This document shows, piece after piece, positions 30,671 to 39,478 of a stretch of DNA of 64,000 nt. The notes beneath the pieces were generated by a model, which was given only the letters and a program-made list of their open reading frames with translations, searched no databases and was not told the DNA's origin. The position numbers and the translations under genes are program-made. The stretch is taken from assembly GCA_963786935.1 (NCBI GenBank), contig CAWBAN010000003.1, positions 411,665 through 475,664 on the forward strand, given 5' to 3'. The first letter of the stretch is position 1. The number at the start of each line of letters is the position of its first letter. The stretch comes from an uncultured bacterium (GTDB lineage Bacteria; Krumholzibacteriota; Krumholzibacteriia; Krumholzibacteriales; Krumholzibacteriaceae).

Positions 30671-30930
30671 CCTCGCCGATCCCCTGAAAGGGCGATCCGG
30701 ATCCCCCCGCGGGCGTTTAAAGCACCCGCCGGCGGGGGGCCGGCGCCCCTTCAGAAGGGTCGATCCGGCCCTCCGGAGGGGGGGGCGGCGCCTCCAAAAA
30801 AAAGTGAAAAAAATGGCTGAAACATGAAGAAAAGTGTATTCAAAATCGCTCCCCCTGCGATAATATGCGGCTCGATAAATCAGTCCGTCCGTAGCCAGTG
30901 ACTCGAGCCAGCGAAGGAGGAGAACTCGCC

Positions 30931-31260
30931 ATGGCAAAGAAAAAAGCTGCCAAGGCCGCTAACAAGCCGCCGAACAGAGGCGAAGTGTATCGCGAGATCG
31001 CGGCGAAGACCGGTCTCGCCCGCAAGGACGTCGTCGCGGTGTGCGACAATCTGACCAAGGTCATGGTCAAGTCCGTCAAGACGTACGGGATGTTCAACTA
31101 CATGGGTCTTCTGAAGCTCACCCTCGTGCGGAAGCCGGCGGTCGCGGGCGGCAAGCTCGTGCGCAATCCGTTCACGGGCGAAATGGTGAAGCAAAAAGCC
31201 CGTCCGGCCTCGCGCTCGGTGCGTGTCCGTCCGCTCAAGGTCATCAAGGACATGCTCTAA
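30931..31260 (+). CDS. HU/IHF-family DNA-binding protein
   Basis: GGAGG RBS; Lys-rich N-terminus; IAAKTGLARKDV, RNPFTGE..KARPA. Confidence 0.88.
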   Translation: MAKKKAAKAANKPPNRGEVYREIAAKTGLARKDVVAVCDNLTKVMVKSVKTYGMFNYMGLLKLTLVRKPAVAGGKLVRNPFTGEMVKQKARPASRSVRVRPLKVIKDML

Positions 31261-31293
31261 AAGCAGGCTGCGGATACATAGTCTGACAACAGT

Positions 31294-31321
31294 CGACCCC
31301 CGGGCGCATGCCTGGGGGTCG
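31294..31321. terminator. Hairpin between convergent HU and GGDEF genes
   Basis: CGACCCCCGGG-CGCATG-CCTGGGGGTCG followed by CTTGCTTATT. Confidence 0.6.
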
Positions 31322-31364
31322 CTTGCTTATTGAAGAGACGATTCGCGGAAGCCGCCGCGGGGCG

Positions 31365-33221
31365 TTACTGCGCGGACTCGAGGAATTCGACGACCTCGCC
31401 GACGAGGATCGGATCGAACTGGGTTCCCGAGCATCTCCGAAGCTCCTTGATCGCCCGCTTCTTGCTGATGCCCTTCCGGTACGGCCGTGTGTTCGTCATG
31501 GCGTCGTACGCGTCGATGATCGAGAAGATTCTGCATTCGAGAGGTATCTGTTCCCCCTCAAGGCCGTCGGCATAGCCGTTGCCGTCCCAGAATTCATGGT
31601 GGTGCCGGATGAGTTCGGAAACATGAAAGAGCTCCTTGGAGCGGCATGCCAGGTGGCATCCGATCTGCACATGCTCCTTCATTTTCTCAAATTCGTCCTC
31701 GGTGAGCTTTCTGGGTTTGAACAGAATCTTGTCGGGAATTCCGACCTTCCCCACGTCATGCACCTTGGCCAAGAGTATCAGATTCTTCGTCTGGTCGTCG
31801 GAGAGAGGTATCCTTCCGGCGATGCGCTCCGCCATCACCGAGAGCCGCTCGGCATGTCCCTCCGCGACGAAATCCCGCTCCGACAGCGCGGAAAGCAGTA
31901 TGTCTATCACCTTGCTCTTCTGGCTTCCGGCCTGGATGAGCTTGTACTCATACATATTCTCGTCCGCTCTCTGATAGATGTCATAGATGCTCTCCCCGGG
32001 AGCGGTCAGAGACGTCGCCACCCCGATCGACATGTTCAACTCGACCGGCGGGTTGCCGCCGTTATAAAGGTGGATTGATTTTGATATCTTATTCTTCTTC
32101 GCCAGGGCCGCCTTGTTATCGACGCCCGGGAGTATTATGCAGAATTCGTCTCCGCCGATTCTCGCAACGAGATCCACCTGCCTGAAGTTCTCGGAGATGA
32201 CCTTCGCCGCGGATATCAGAACGTCGTCACCGGCCCTATGGCCGAGCGTATCGTTCACGATTTTCAGCCCGTCGATATCGATGACCATGATGCTGACGGG
32301 CGCCGATCGGGCGAGATCCTTGCCCAGGCGCGCCATCTGCTCCGAAAAATAGTTCCTGTTGTAGAGGCCCGTGAGATTGTCGTGAAAGCTTTTGTACTCG
32401 AAGCGCTCCCTGCTCTCCTCGAGCGCCTTTTCCATCTTGCTGCGTTCGGTGATGTCCTCGATGGCGAGGAGAATCATGTCCGCCGCGCTCGAATCGCCCG
32501 GTATCTTTCGGGCGTTCAGGAGCATCGTTCGTCGTCCGATGACGGGGAACTCGTGCTCGACCTCAAAATCGTCGAACGCGATGCTTTTGTGCAGCGACTT
32601 TTCCAGAAGCTCGCGCAACCGGGGGATATCCCATTGCCGGTTGCCCAGCTCGAAGATGAACTGCCCGTCGGTTTCTCGGGGCTTGGCCTTGAACATCGTG
32701 TAGTAGGAGCGATTGGCGGAAAGCACCCGGAGGTCGGCGCCGAGCACGAGCAGGGGTTCGCGGATGGTGTCCACGATGCTTTCGGAATATTCCCGGGAAT
32801 TATCGACTGCCCGTTCGGCTCGCTTGCGATCGGTGATGTCTCGAACGTTGCACTGGATCACTTTGCTGTGGTTGATCTGATAGACGTTGCTGACGAATTC
32901 CACTTCGATCAGCCGCCCATCCTTCGTTTCGAGCGGCAGGTCCTCGTACCGAACGTATTCTTTCGTCTGCAGCTCCAGGAAAGCGCTCTTGCATTCCTTG
33001 ACGTTCTTCATGGGGCCGATCTGCCAGAGCTTCTTCCCGACCAAATCCTCGTGCGGGTAACCGAGCATCTCGATCAAGAACGGGTTGACGTCGTCGATTG
33101 TGCCCGTGGCCGCATCCAGGATCAATATCCCGTCTTTCGCCGCCTCGAAAAGCCTGCGGTACCGCGCTTCCGAGGCTGCCAGCTCTTCCGCCACTTTATC
33201 GCGTTCGTCGGGGGTGCTCAT
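31365..33221 (-). CDS. PAS-PAS-GGDEF-HD-GYP c-di-GMP turnover protein
   Basis: Two PAS/PAC domains, DNLTGLYNR, RIGGDEF, HDVGKVGIP, HHHEFWDGNGY, RPYRK, GTQFDP. Confidence 0.95.
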   Translation of the reverse strand: MSTPDERDKVAEELAASEARYRRLFEAAKDGILILDAATGTIDDVNPFLIEMLGYPHEDLVGKKLWQIGPMKNVKECKSAFLELQTKEYVRYEDLPLETKDGRLIEVEFVSNVYQINHSKVIQCNVRDITDRKRAERAVDNSREYSESIVDTIREPLLVLGADLRVLSANRSYYTMFKAKPRETDGQFIFELGNRQWDIPRLRELLEKSLHKSIAFDDFEVEHEFPVIGRRTMLLNARKIPGDSSAADMILLAIEDITERSKMEKALEESRERFEYKSFHDNLTGLYNRNYFSEQMARLGKDLARSAPVSIMVIDIDGLKIVNDTLGHRAGDDVLISAAKVISENFRQVDLVARIGGDEFCIILPGVDNKAALAKKNKISKSIHLYNGGNPPVELNMSIGVATSLTAPGESIYDIYQRADENMYEYKLIQAGSQKSKVIDILLSALSERDFVAEGHAERLSVMAERIAGRIPLSDDQTKNLILLAKVHDVGKVGIPDKILFKPRKLTEDEFEKMKEHVQIGCHLACRSKELFHVSELIRHHHEFWDGNGYADGLEGEQIPLECRIFSIIDAYDAMTNTRPYRKGISKKRAIKELRRCSGTQFDPILVGEVVEFLESAQ

Positions 33222-33269
33222 GGAAGGCAGACTGCGCCGGGGGATGCGTTTTGTCCACCATTAATTCGC

Positions 33270-33752
33270 TCAGACCTTGAACAGGATGCGCCCCCGGTAA
33301 AACGGCTCCTTGTCCTTGTAGAAAACGAGCTTCACTTCCCACTCGCCGGGCATGACGACGTTCACGGGGAGGAGCAGGTCGTTCTTCTTGTTGGGCAGGA
33401 AGAACACCTCGCCCGAGTCGTGCGCGCCCCGCATCGAGGGCATGTCCGAAAGGCCGGTGATCTCCCAGTCCGTGACGCGCGTGCCGCCCTTGTCGAAGAT
33501 CTGGACGATGAGAATCGCGGTGCCGAGCTTCGGTTTCTTATCCCATTTCCATTTGAAGTAGTACGCGTCGCCGATCCAGCATTTCTTGCCGGCCGAGGGG
33601 AGATCGTTGTACACGGGCTCCTGCACGAGCGCGCCCGCGTGGGGCGCCGCCTTTCCCGGGACCTGCTTCATCGGCGGGGGCGTTTGCTGGGCGAATGCCC
33701 CCGCGGCGAGCGCGAGCACGAGCAGTATCGCGATCATCAATCTCGTCATCAT
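33270..33752 (-). CDS. Secreted YtkA/FixH-like protein
   Basis: Signal peptide; 'DMPSMRGAH' and 'VMPGEWEVKL' resemble YtkA-like domains. Confidence 0.65.
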   Translation of the reverse strand: MMTRLMIAILLVLALAAGAFAQQTPPPMKQVPGKAAPHAGALVQEPVYNDLPSAGKKCWIGDAYYFKWKWDKKPKLGTAILIVQIFDKGGTRVTDWEITGLSDMPSMRGAHDSGEVFFLPNKKNDLLLPVNVVMPGEWEVKLVFYKDKEPFYRGRILFKV

Positions 33753-33785
33753 GGCGACGAGCCTCCTTCTTACGGGCCGCCGGCG

Positions 33786-34532
33786 TCACGCCGGATTGTG
33801 CAGCTTTCCGTCCCTGAGCTCGACGATGCGGTCCGCGTTCTTCGCGAGCTCCATGTTATGGGTCACGAGCACGACCGAGAGCCCCTCCTTCTTGTTGAGC
33901 TCCCTGAGAATCTCCCCGATCTCGCTGCTGCGGCGGGCGTCGAGGTTGCCCGTCGGCTCGTCGGCGAGGAGAATGCGCGGCTTGTTGACGAGCGCGCGCG
34001 CGATCGCGACGCGCTGCATCTCGCCGCCGGAAATCTCCCCCGGCAGGTGCCCCGCGCGGTTATCGATACCGAGGAGCCTCATGACCTTGTCCACCTCGGC
34101 CTCGGCCCCGGGCTTCTTGAAGAAGGCGAACGGGAGCATGACGTTCTCCCGCACGGTGAGCGTCGGGATGAGGTAGAACTTCTGGAAAATGTAGCCGAAA
34201 AGCTCGCGTCTCAAGTCGGTGAGCTTTCCCTCGCTCAGGGTCACGCCCTCGTCGAAGATCTTCTTGCCGCAGAGCTCGAGGCGCCCCGAGGTGGGGTTGT
34301 CGAGGCAGCCGAGGATGTTGATGAGCGTCGTCTTTCCCGAGCCCGAAGGCCCGATGAAGGCGACGAAGCTCCCCTCGGCGATCTCGAGAGAGACGCCGTC
34401 GACCGCGTGGATCTCCTCGGCGCCGCGGCGGTAGATCTTCGTGAGGCGATCGGCCGCTATCGTCGGACAGGTCGCGCCGCTCGCGGCCGCGCCGCCCGTC
34501 GGGGCCCCGCTTGCCTGCTTCGCGCTCATCAT
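33786..34532 (-). CDS. ABC transporter ATP-binding protein (LolD/MacB-like)
   Basis: GPSGSGKTT, ISGGEMQRVAIARAL, LLADEPTGNLD, VTH; this is the C-terminal part of the listed 614-aa ORF. Confidence 0.95.
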   Translation of the reverse strand: MMSAKQASGAPTGGAAASGATCPTIAADRLTKIYRRGAEEIHAVDGVSLEIAEGSFVAFIGPSGSGKTTLINILGCLDNPTSGRLELCGKKIFDEGVTLSEGKLTDLRRELFGYIFQKFYLIPTLTVRENVMLPFAFFKKPGAEAEVDKVMRLLGIDNRAGHLPGEISGGEMQRVAIARALVNKPRILLADEPTGNLDARRSSEIGEILRELNKKEGLSVVLVTHNMELAKNADRIVELRDGKLHNPA

Positions 34533-35719
34533 TCCACCTCGCTTCTGATCGTCTCGATGGGCCGCACGCTTCCCGCCCGCCAGGCGGGATAGACGCCGCT
34601 CAAGAGCCCGATCAACGTGACCACGCCGAGGGTGAAGAGCGCCAGGCGAGCGTCGATCGTGACGAGCCCGCCGCTCGGCGCATAGGGGAGAAGCCGCCGG
34701 ATGAGAACCTCGGTGAGCTTCGCCGTCCCGAGCGCCATCGCGCAGCCGACCACGCCTCCCGCCACGCAGAGGATCACCGTCTCGATCCAGATGAGCTTGA
34801 AGATGTCGCGCGCCTTGGCGCCCATCGCCTTCAGGATGCCGATCTCCTGGCGGCGCTCCATGACCGACATGAGGATCGTGTTCACGACGCCCACGACCGC
34901 GATGAGGATCGCGATAAGCGCGATCGAGAGCACCATCACCTTCGCCGTCGAGATGAGCGTCATGATCGTGTTCTTGACCTGCGTCATGCTCACGACCTGG
35001 ACGTCCGGGAGCCGGTACATCCGCTCCTCGAACTTCGCGATATCGACGTCCTTCCTGACCTTGATCCCGATGCCGGTGAGCGAGCCTTCCTGATGGAAGA
35101 TCTTCTGCACGGTCGCGAGCGGCAGGAATATCGTGCCGTCGTCCTGCGTGCCGGTGCGCTCGAGGATGCCGACGATCTTCACCGCGACGTTCTTCTCGGG
35201 AATGAGGAGCGAGTCGCCGACGGCGCGCTGCTCGAGCTCGGCCGCCTCGTAGCCCATGACCGCCTCGTACGAGTTCGGGTCGGTGAACCACGCGCCGGCC
35301 TGGAAGGGCATTTTCCCTTTCATCTTCGGGAAGGTCGCCGGATCGATGCCGAGGTAGGCCGTGATGCCGCCGCTCTCCCCCTTGTTGGGATCGAAGACGG
35401 CCTGCATGAGCATCTGCGTCACCTGGTCCACCTCGGGCTGCGCCGAGATCGAGTCGGCGATGCGCTGATCCATGTAGCGGAGCCCCGTGCCTCCCTTGAG
35501 CATGAGGGTGGCCGCCTCGTAGGGGCACCCCTTCGCGGTCACGAGCATCTGGTAGCCGAGGTTGTCGATGTCCTTGCCGAGGGAGAGCTGGTAGCCCTTG
35601 TTGAATCCGAGCAGGCTCGCGAGCACCCACGCGGCGAGCGCGATGCCGAGCACGGTGAGGACGCTGCGGATCTTTTTTCGCAGGAGATTCTTGTAGGCGA
35701 TGCGGGAAATATTGATCAT
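34529..35719 (-). CDS. ABC transporter permease (MacB/FtsX family)
   Basis: KNLLRKKIRSVLTVLGIA, NTILMSVMERRQEIGILKAMGA, YPAWRAG..PIE. Confidence 0.93.
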   Translation of the reverse strand: MINISRIAYKNLLRKKIRSVLTVLGIALAAWVLASLLGFNKGYQLSLGKDIDNLGYQMLVTAKGCPYEAATLMLKGGTGLRYMDQRIADSISAQPEVDQVTQMLMQAVFDPNKGESGGITAYLGIDPATFPKMKGKMPFQAGAWFTDPNSYEAVMGYEAAELEQRAVGDSLLIPEKNVAVKIVGILERTGTQDDGTIFLPLATVQKIFHQEGSLTGIGIKVRKDVDIAKFEERMYRLPDVQVVSMTQVKNTIMTLISTAKVMVLSIALIAILIAVVGVVNTILMSVMERRQEIGILKAMGAKARDIFKLIWIETVILCVAGGVVGCAMALGTAKLTEVLIRRLLPYAPSGGLVTIDARLALFTLGVVTLIGLLSGVYPAWRAGSVRPIETIRSEVE

Positions 35720-35777
35720 TTCATCGTGCCTCCGGTCGGTTGAGCTGCGGCCCGTCACGCCGGTCGCGCGGCGCGCG

Positions 35778-36437
35778 TCATGATTTCGTGGCGCCTGCGG
35801 GCTTGAAGTATTTCAGGTGAACGTTATCGAGGAGAAACTCATCGACGAGGATGAGGTTCTTCTTCACGGCGCGGAGAATGGCGGCGAAGTCATCCGCGGA
35901 GTCGGGGGCGGGATTCTTGATGGCCGCGATCTTCCCGGGCGGCGTCTCCTTGCCCGAGACAGGGTCGTAGCGATAGAACTCCTCGATGCCGAGCCCTGCG
36001 AACTTGCGCCCGAACGCCTCGTCGCGGAAGGCCTTCGAGCCCTTCGACGTCAGCTTCTGGAGATAAAACGCGCGAATGTTCCCCTGCGGGTCAAGGGCGA
36101 GGAACACCTGTATCCCGCCGTAGCGCCCCTTCTGATTCACGCCGTGAATGTAGCCGACGATCTCCGCGCCCTTGTAGATGCGGTACATCGTGTAGGGGAC
36201 GTCGATGTTCTCGTAGAGCCCGGCGAACTTGTCCCCGAGACGCGCTTCGATCTCGTGAAGCAGCGGCTCGCCGCCCTTTTTCCCGATCGAGACGTAGAGC
36301 GCCTTGTAACCGGTCGATTCGGGGAACAGACGCTTCACATCCCGGTCGGGATCGTTCAGATCGCACCCCACCGCAGCCAAAAGCCCCGATGACTCGAAGG
36401 CTATCAAAACCATCGTCAGCAGAATCAGCCTTTTCAT
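35778..36437 (-). CDS. Secreted protein with FMN-binding-like domain (degenerate)
   Basis: Signal peptide; 'VKRLFP', 'GYI...KGRYGGIQVFLALDPQGNI', 'FGRKFAG' resemble the FMN_bind fold. Confidence 0.55.
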   Translation of the reverse strand: MKRLILLTMVLIAFESSGLLAAVGCDLNDPDRDVKRLFPESTGYKALYVSIGKKGGEPLLHEIEARLGDKFAGLYENIDVPYTMYRIYKGAEIVGYIHGVNQKGRYGGIQVFLALDPQGNIRAFYLQKLTSKGSKAFRDEAFGRKFAGLGIEEFYRYDPVSGKETPPGKIAAIKNPAPDSADDFAAILRAVKKNLILVDEFLLDNVHLKYFKPAGATKS

Positions 36438-36453
36438 CTCCGCACCCCCTTCT

Positions 36454-37437
36454 TCATATCCCCTTGTAGTAGTACACCTGAAAGACGATTCTGTTGTCCT
36501 CGGAATCGTCGATGTACTGATACATGGCGCGGAGCGCGAGGTCGGTCGTGATCTGGCCCGAAACGCCCGCCGAGAGGTCGAAGCTCGACTCGCCGAGCAT
36601 CCTCCAGATCGCCGGTTGAACCTCGAGCTTGAGGCGATTCTCCGCGAGGAGGTTCATCGTCCCCCGCCAGAAGAGTGCGTAGGCGGGATCGTCCATCCGC
36701 TCGCCCGCCATAACTTCGACGCGGCTCTCGTAGCGCGTCCGGAGGGACGTGAAGTCGACCGAAGCCATGTGAAACGCCACCGGCTCGTCCGACATCAGCT
36801 CGTAGCCCATCGTCTCGAGGATGTCCCCCCATGCCCCGGAGACGCCGAGATTATAGTTGTCCTGCTCGAGGACGCCCCATGAGATCCTCGCCGAGGCGAG
36901 ATAGTTGCCCTTGAAGTAGAGCGGCATGCCGGAGCCGGTCGTCCACGAGGCGTCGATCGTGCCCCACGAGTAATCGCCGTTGAACCCGAGGCCCCAGTCC
37001 CGGTCGAATCCCCAGCCCATCATCGCGAGGGTGGGGAGCAGGAGGCCGTGCGAGTCGAAGTAAGAGGAGAGGCCGAGGGCGGGCCGGTCGTGGCCGATCC
37101 AGAAGTCGGCGAATCCGGCCTTGTATTTGAACCACGCGTTGTAGAGCTGGAGCTGGGCCTCGCGGTCGGGCTCATGATTGTAGGCGAGCCGCGCCTGAAC
37201 GCCGATGACGCCGAAGTCGCGGCTCTCGGTCGAGAGGCGCTGCAGCCAGTCGAAGCCGACGCTCGGCTTTTGCATGGCGTCTTCAGGCGACATTGAATAA
37301 TAAATGGCCTCGCCCGCGGCGCTCGAGTAGCCACCGACCGCCTGTGCCTCGAGATAGAAGAGCGAGCCTTGCGCCCGGGTGGGGCAAGGGGAGAGGATGA
37401 GTATCGTCGCGATCATAGAGCAGATTATGAGTCGCAT
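36454..37437 (-). CDS. Hypothetical outer-membrane beta-barrel (porin-like) protein
   Basis: Signal peptide, aromatic/alternating strands, 'LYNAWFKYK', 'DRDWG', C-terminal 'VFQVYYYKGI'. Confidence 0.6.
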   Translation of the reverse strand: MRLIICSMIATILILSPCPTRAQGSLFYLEAQAVGGYSSAAGEAIYYSMSPEDAMQKPSVGFDWLQRLSTESRDFGVIGVQARLAYNHEPDREAQLQLYNAWFKYKAGFADFWIGHDRPALGLSSYFDSHGLLLPTLAMMGWGFDRDWGLGFNGDYSWGTIDASWTTGSGMPLYFKGNYLASARISWGVLEQDNYNLGVSGAWGDILETMGYELMSDEPVAFHMASVDFTSLRTRYESRVEVMAGERMDDPAYALFWRGTMNLLAENRLKLEVQPAIWRMLGESSFDLSAGVSGQITTDLALRAMYQYIDDSEDNRIVFQVYYYKGI

Positions 37438-37581
37438 GTTTTCTGCTTCCTTTGGGGGCTCCGTTTTGGCGACGGCTCGGAAAATGTACCTATGAGCTCC
37501 ATTATTGGACCCAATTTGGACCTGTGTATACCATATTGCGAGGTCGATCCGGTTCTATCAAGGGTTTTCCGGGTGTTCGTG

Positions 37582-38745
37582 TCAGGAATGGAGCGGTTTG
37601 AGATCATCCTGCAGTCGTGACATCGCAACGGCCCTGATCCGCTCTCCCATGGGAAAGGTTTTGTCTCCTCCGTGTATGACGTCCAGTTGCGTCAGATCGA
37701 GGTCGGACAGAGCGCTGCGCATTGAGGGGGTGACACGGGGGGCGCTTGTTCTCTTGAATTCGAAACCGAGCCGCTTCCTGCCTCTCATGACGAGAAGATC
37801 GAGCTCAGCGCCCGAATAGGTCGCCCAGAAGAAGCACTCTTCCGGCCATGCAGCCAGTCGCTGGATAACCTGCCCGAGACAAAAGCCTTCCCATGACGAT
37901 CCGGCTTTTGGATGGCCTTCGATGTCATGGAGGGACATGAGCCCGAGCAGCGTGTGCAGCATACCCGAGTCGGCGAGGTAAACCTTCGGTGATTTTACCT
38001 GCCTCTTGGAGATATTCTCATGCCAGGGAGGCAATTGCTGGACGACCAATGCCGAGGTGAGCACATCGAGGTAATGTCGAACCGTTTTATCGCTGACGCC
38101 TAATGAGCGCGAGAATTCCGAGGCATTCCAGATTTGCCCGTGATAATGCGCAAGCATGGTCCAGAACCTGCGCAGCGCGGTTGATTGCGCCATGATACCG
38201 AGCTGGGGCAGGTCTCTCTCCAAGAAAGTTCGAATGAATGCCCTGCGCCACTCGTTGCCGTCGTCATCGGAGCGGGCCAGATAGGAGCGCGGAAAACCTC
38301 CCCGCACCCAAAGACGCATGAGCCGCTTCGTCCCGACCTCGTCCAGCGACAAGCCTTTGAGCTGGTGATAGTGTATTCGTCCCGCGAGCGACTCCGAACT
38401 CTGATGAAGCAAATCGGGGGAGGCGCTGCCGAGGATCAGGAATCGAGCCGGAAGCGGGCGTCGGTCGACGAGGACGCGGAGCACCGTAAAGAGATCGGGA
38501 TATCGCTGGATTTCATCGATTACGACAAGGCCTTTGAGGCGTCCCAGCGCGAGCATGGGCTCGCCGAGCCGCGCCATGTCATCCGTATTCTCGAGATCGA
38601 AATATGCGACCGGTCCTTTTGTTCCGGCTGCGAATGCCCTGGCGAGCGTTGTTTTTCCGACCTGGCGGGCGCCGATGATCGCCACCACAGGGTGCCGACG
38701 GAGCAATCCTCGGAGGATTTCCAATTCGTGTTCGCGTTCGATCAT
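37582..38745 (-). CDS. AAA_14 + DUF4143 ATP-binding protein
   Basis: GARQVGKTT, IDEIQR, LGSAS, ESLAGR, GGFP, KSPKVYLADSG, ELDL...FEFK. Confidence 0.93.
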   Translation of the reverse strand: MIEREHELEILRGLLRRHPVVAIIGARQVGKTTLARAFAAGTKGPVAYFDLENTDDMARLGEPMLALGRLKGLVVIDEIQRYPDLFTVLRVLVDRRPLPARFLILGSASPDLLHQSSESLAGRIHYHQLKGLSLDEVGTKRLMRLWVRGGFPRSYLARSDDDGNEWRRAFIRTFLERDLPQLGIMAQSTALRRFWTMLAHYHGQIWNASEFSRSLGVSDKTVRHYLDVLTSALVVQQLPPWHENISKRQVKSPKVYLADSGMLHTLLGLMSLHDIEGHPKAGSSWEGFCLGQVIQRLAAWPEECFFWATYSGAELDLLVMRGRKRLGFEFKRTSAPRVTPSMRSALSDLDLTQLDVIHGGDKTFPMGERIRAVAMSRLQDDLKPLHS

Positions 38746-38751
38746 GGCGCA

Positions 38752-38797
38752 AGGTTACCTTGAATATTCGGAGGTGTCAATCGAATTTTCAAGGTAA
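38752..38797 (-). promoter_or_regulatory. Sigma70 promoter (TTGACA-17-TAACCT) overlapped by a 16-bp inverted repeat
   Basis: -35 at 38780-38775, -10 at 38757-38752, ATG 6 nt later; IR arms 38755-38770 and 38782-38797 match 15/16. Confidence 0.7.
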
Positions 38798-38818
38798 ACG
38801 CGATCCCCGTGCGACCGG

Positions 38819-38870
38819 TTGTTTACCCAGGTAAACAATTCGGGGTGGACTTGTTTACCCAGGTAAACAC
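38819..38870. repeat. Two direct copies of the palindrome TTGTTTACCCAGGTAAACA
   Basis: Copies start at 38819 and 38851 (32-bp period); each is TGTTTACC-CA-GGTAAACA. Confidence 0.85.
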
Positions 38871-38892
38871 CGATCTCCACGAATCCAGTGCT

Positions 38893-39360
38893 TCAGCCCA
38901 TCTGCTCGGTCAGGTAGTTCTCGATGCCCATCTGCTTGATCTGGTCGAGCTCCATCTCGAGCACGTCGATGTGCGCCTCTTCGTCCTTGAGGATCGAGTT
39001 GAGGAGATCCCGCGAGCCGTTGTCGGCGAGGTCGGTCGCGAGCTTGATCCCCGCGTTGTAGGACTTGATGGCGGTGTTCTCGAATCCCCAGTCGCTCTTG
39101 TGCTGGGCGAGGACGTCGGCGCCGATCGCGAACCTGTTGAGCTTGCTCACCGTGGGACGCCCCTCGAGGAAGAGGATGCGCTCGATGAGCTTCTCGGCGT
39201 GCTTCATCTCGTCGATCGCGCGCTTCTCGTTCACGTCGTGGAGCTTCTTGTAGCCCCAATTCGAGCACATCTCGGCGTGCACGATGTACTGGCTGATCGC
39301 GGTGAGCTCCTCGGCGAGCAGACCGTTGAGCTTCGCGATGACCTTGGCGTTGCCTTTCAT
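38893..39360 (-). CDS. bfr: Bacterioferritin
   Basis: MKGN.KVI..LN.LLAEELTAISQYIVH, IDEMKHAEKLIERILFLEG, DEEAHID, QMGIENYL. Confidence 0.97.
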   Translation of the reverse strand: MKGNAKVIAKLNGLLAEELTAISQYIVHAEMCSNWGYKKLHDVNEKRAIDEMKHAEKLIERILFLEGRPTVSKLNRFAIGADVLAQHKSDWGFENTAIKSYNAGIKLATDLADNGSRDLLNSILKDEEAHIDVLEMELDQIKQMGIENYLTEQMG

Positions 39361-39478
39361 AGGTCCCCCTTTCGAAACGGGTTTCTCGAACGGGGGCATC
39401 ATAGCAGAAAGCGGGGGAGGTTGTAAATGCCCGCCCCCGCTTTCGCGTGCCGGGAGGTCAAAGAAATCGGCGTCGTTT

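Noticed and set aside
38819..38870. Possible mini CRISPR array
   Set aside because: Only two 19-20 bp copies separated by about 12 bp, and no cas genes.
39365..39396. Hairpin sequestering the bfr ribosome-binding site (iron-responsive leader?)
   Set aside because: The putative -10 (TATGAT, 39403-39398) would start transcription downstream of the 5' CCCCC arm, so the full stem may not be transcribed.
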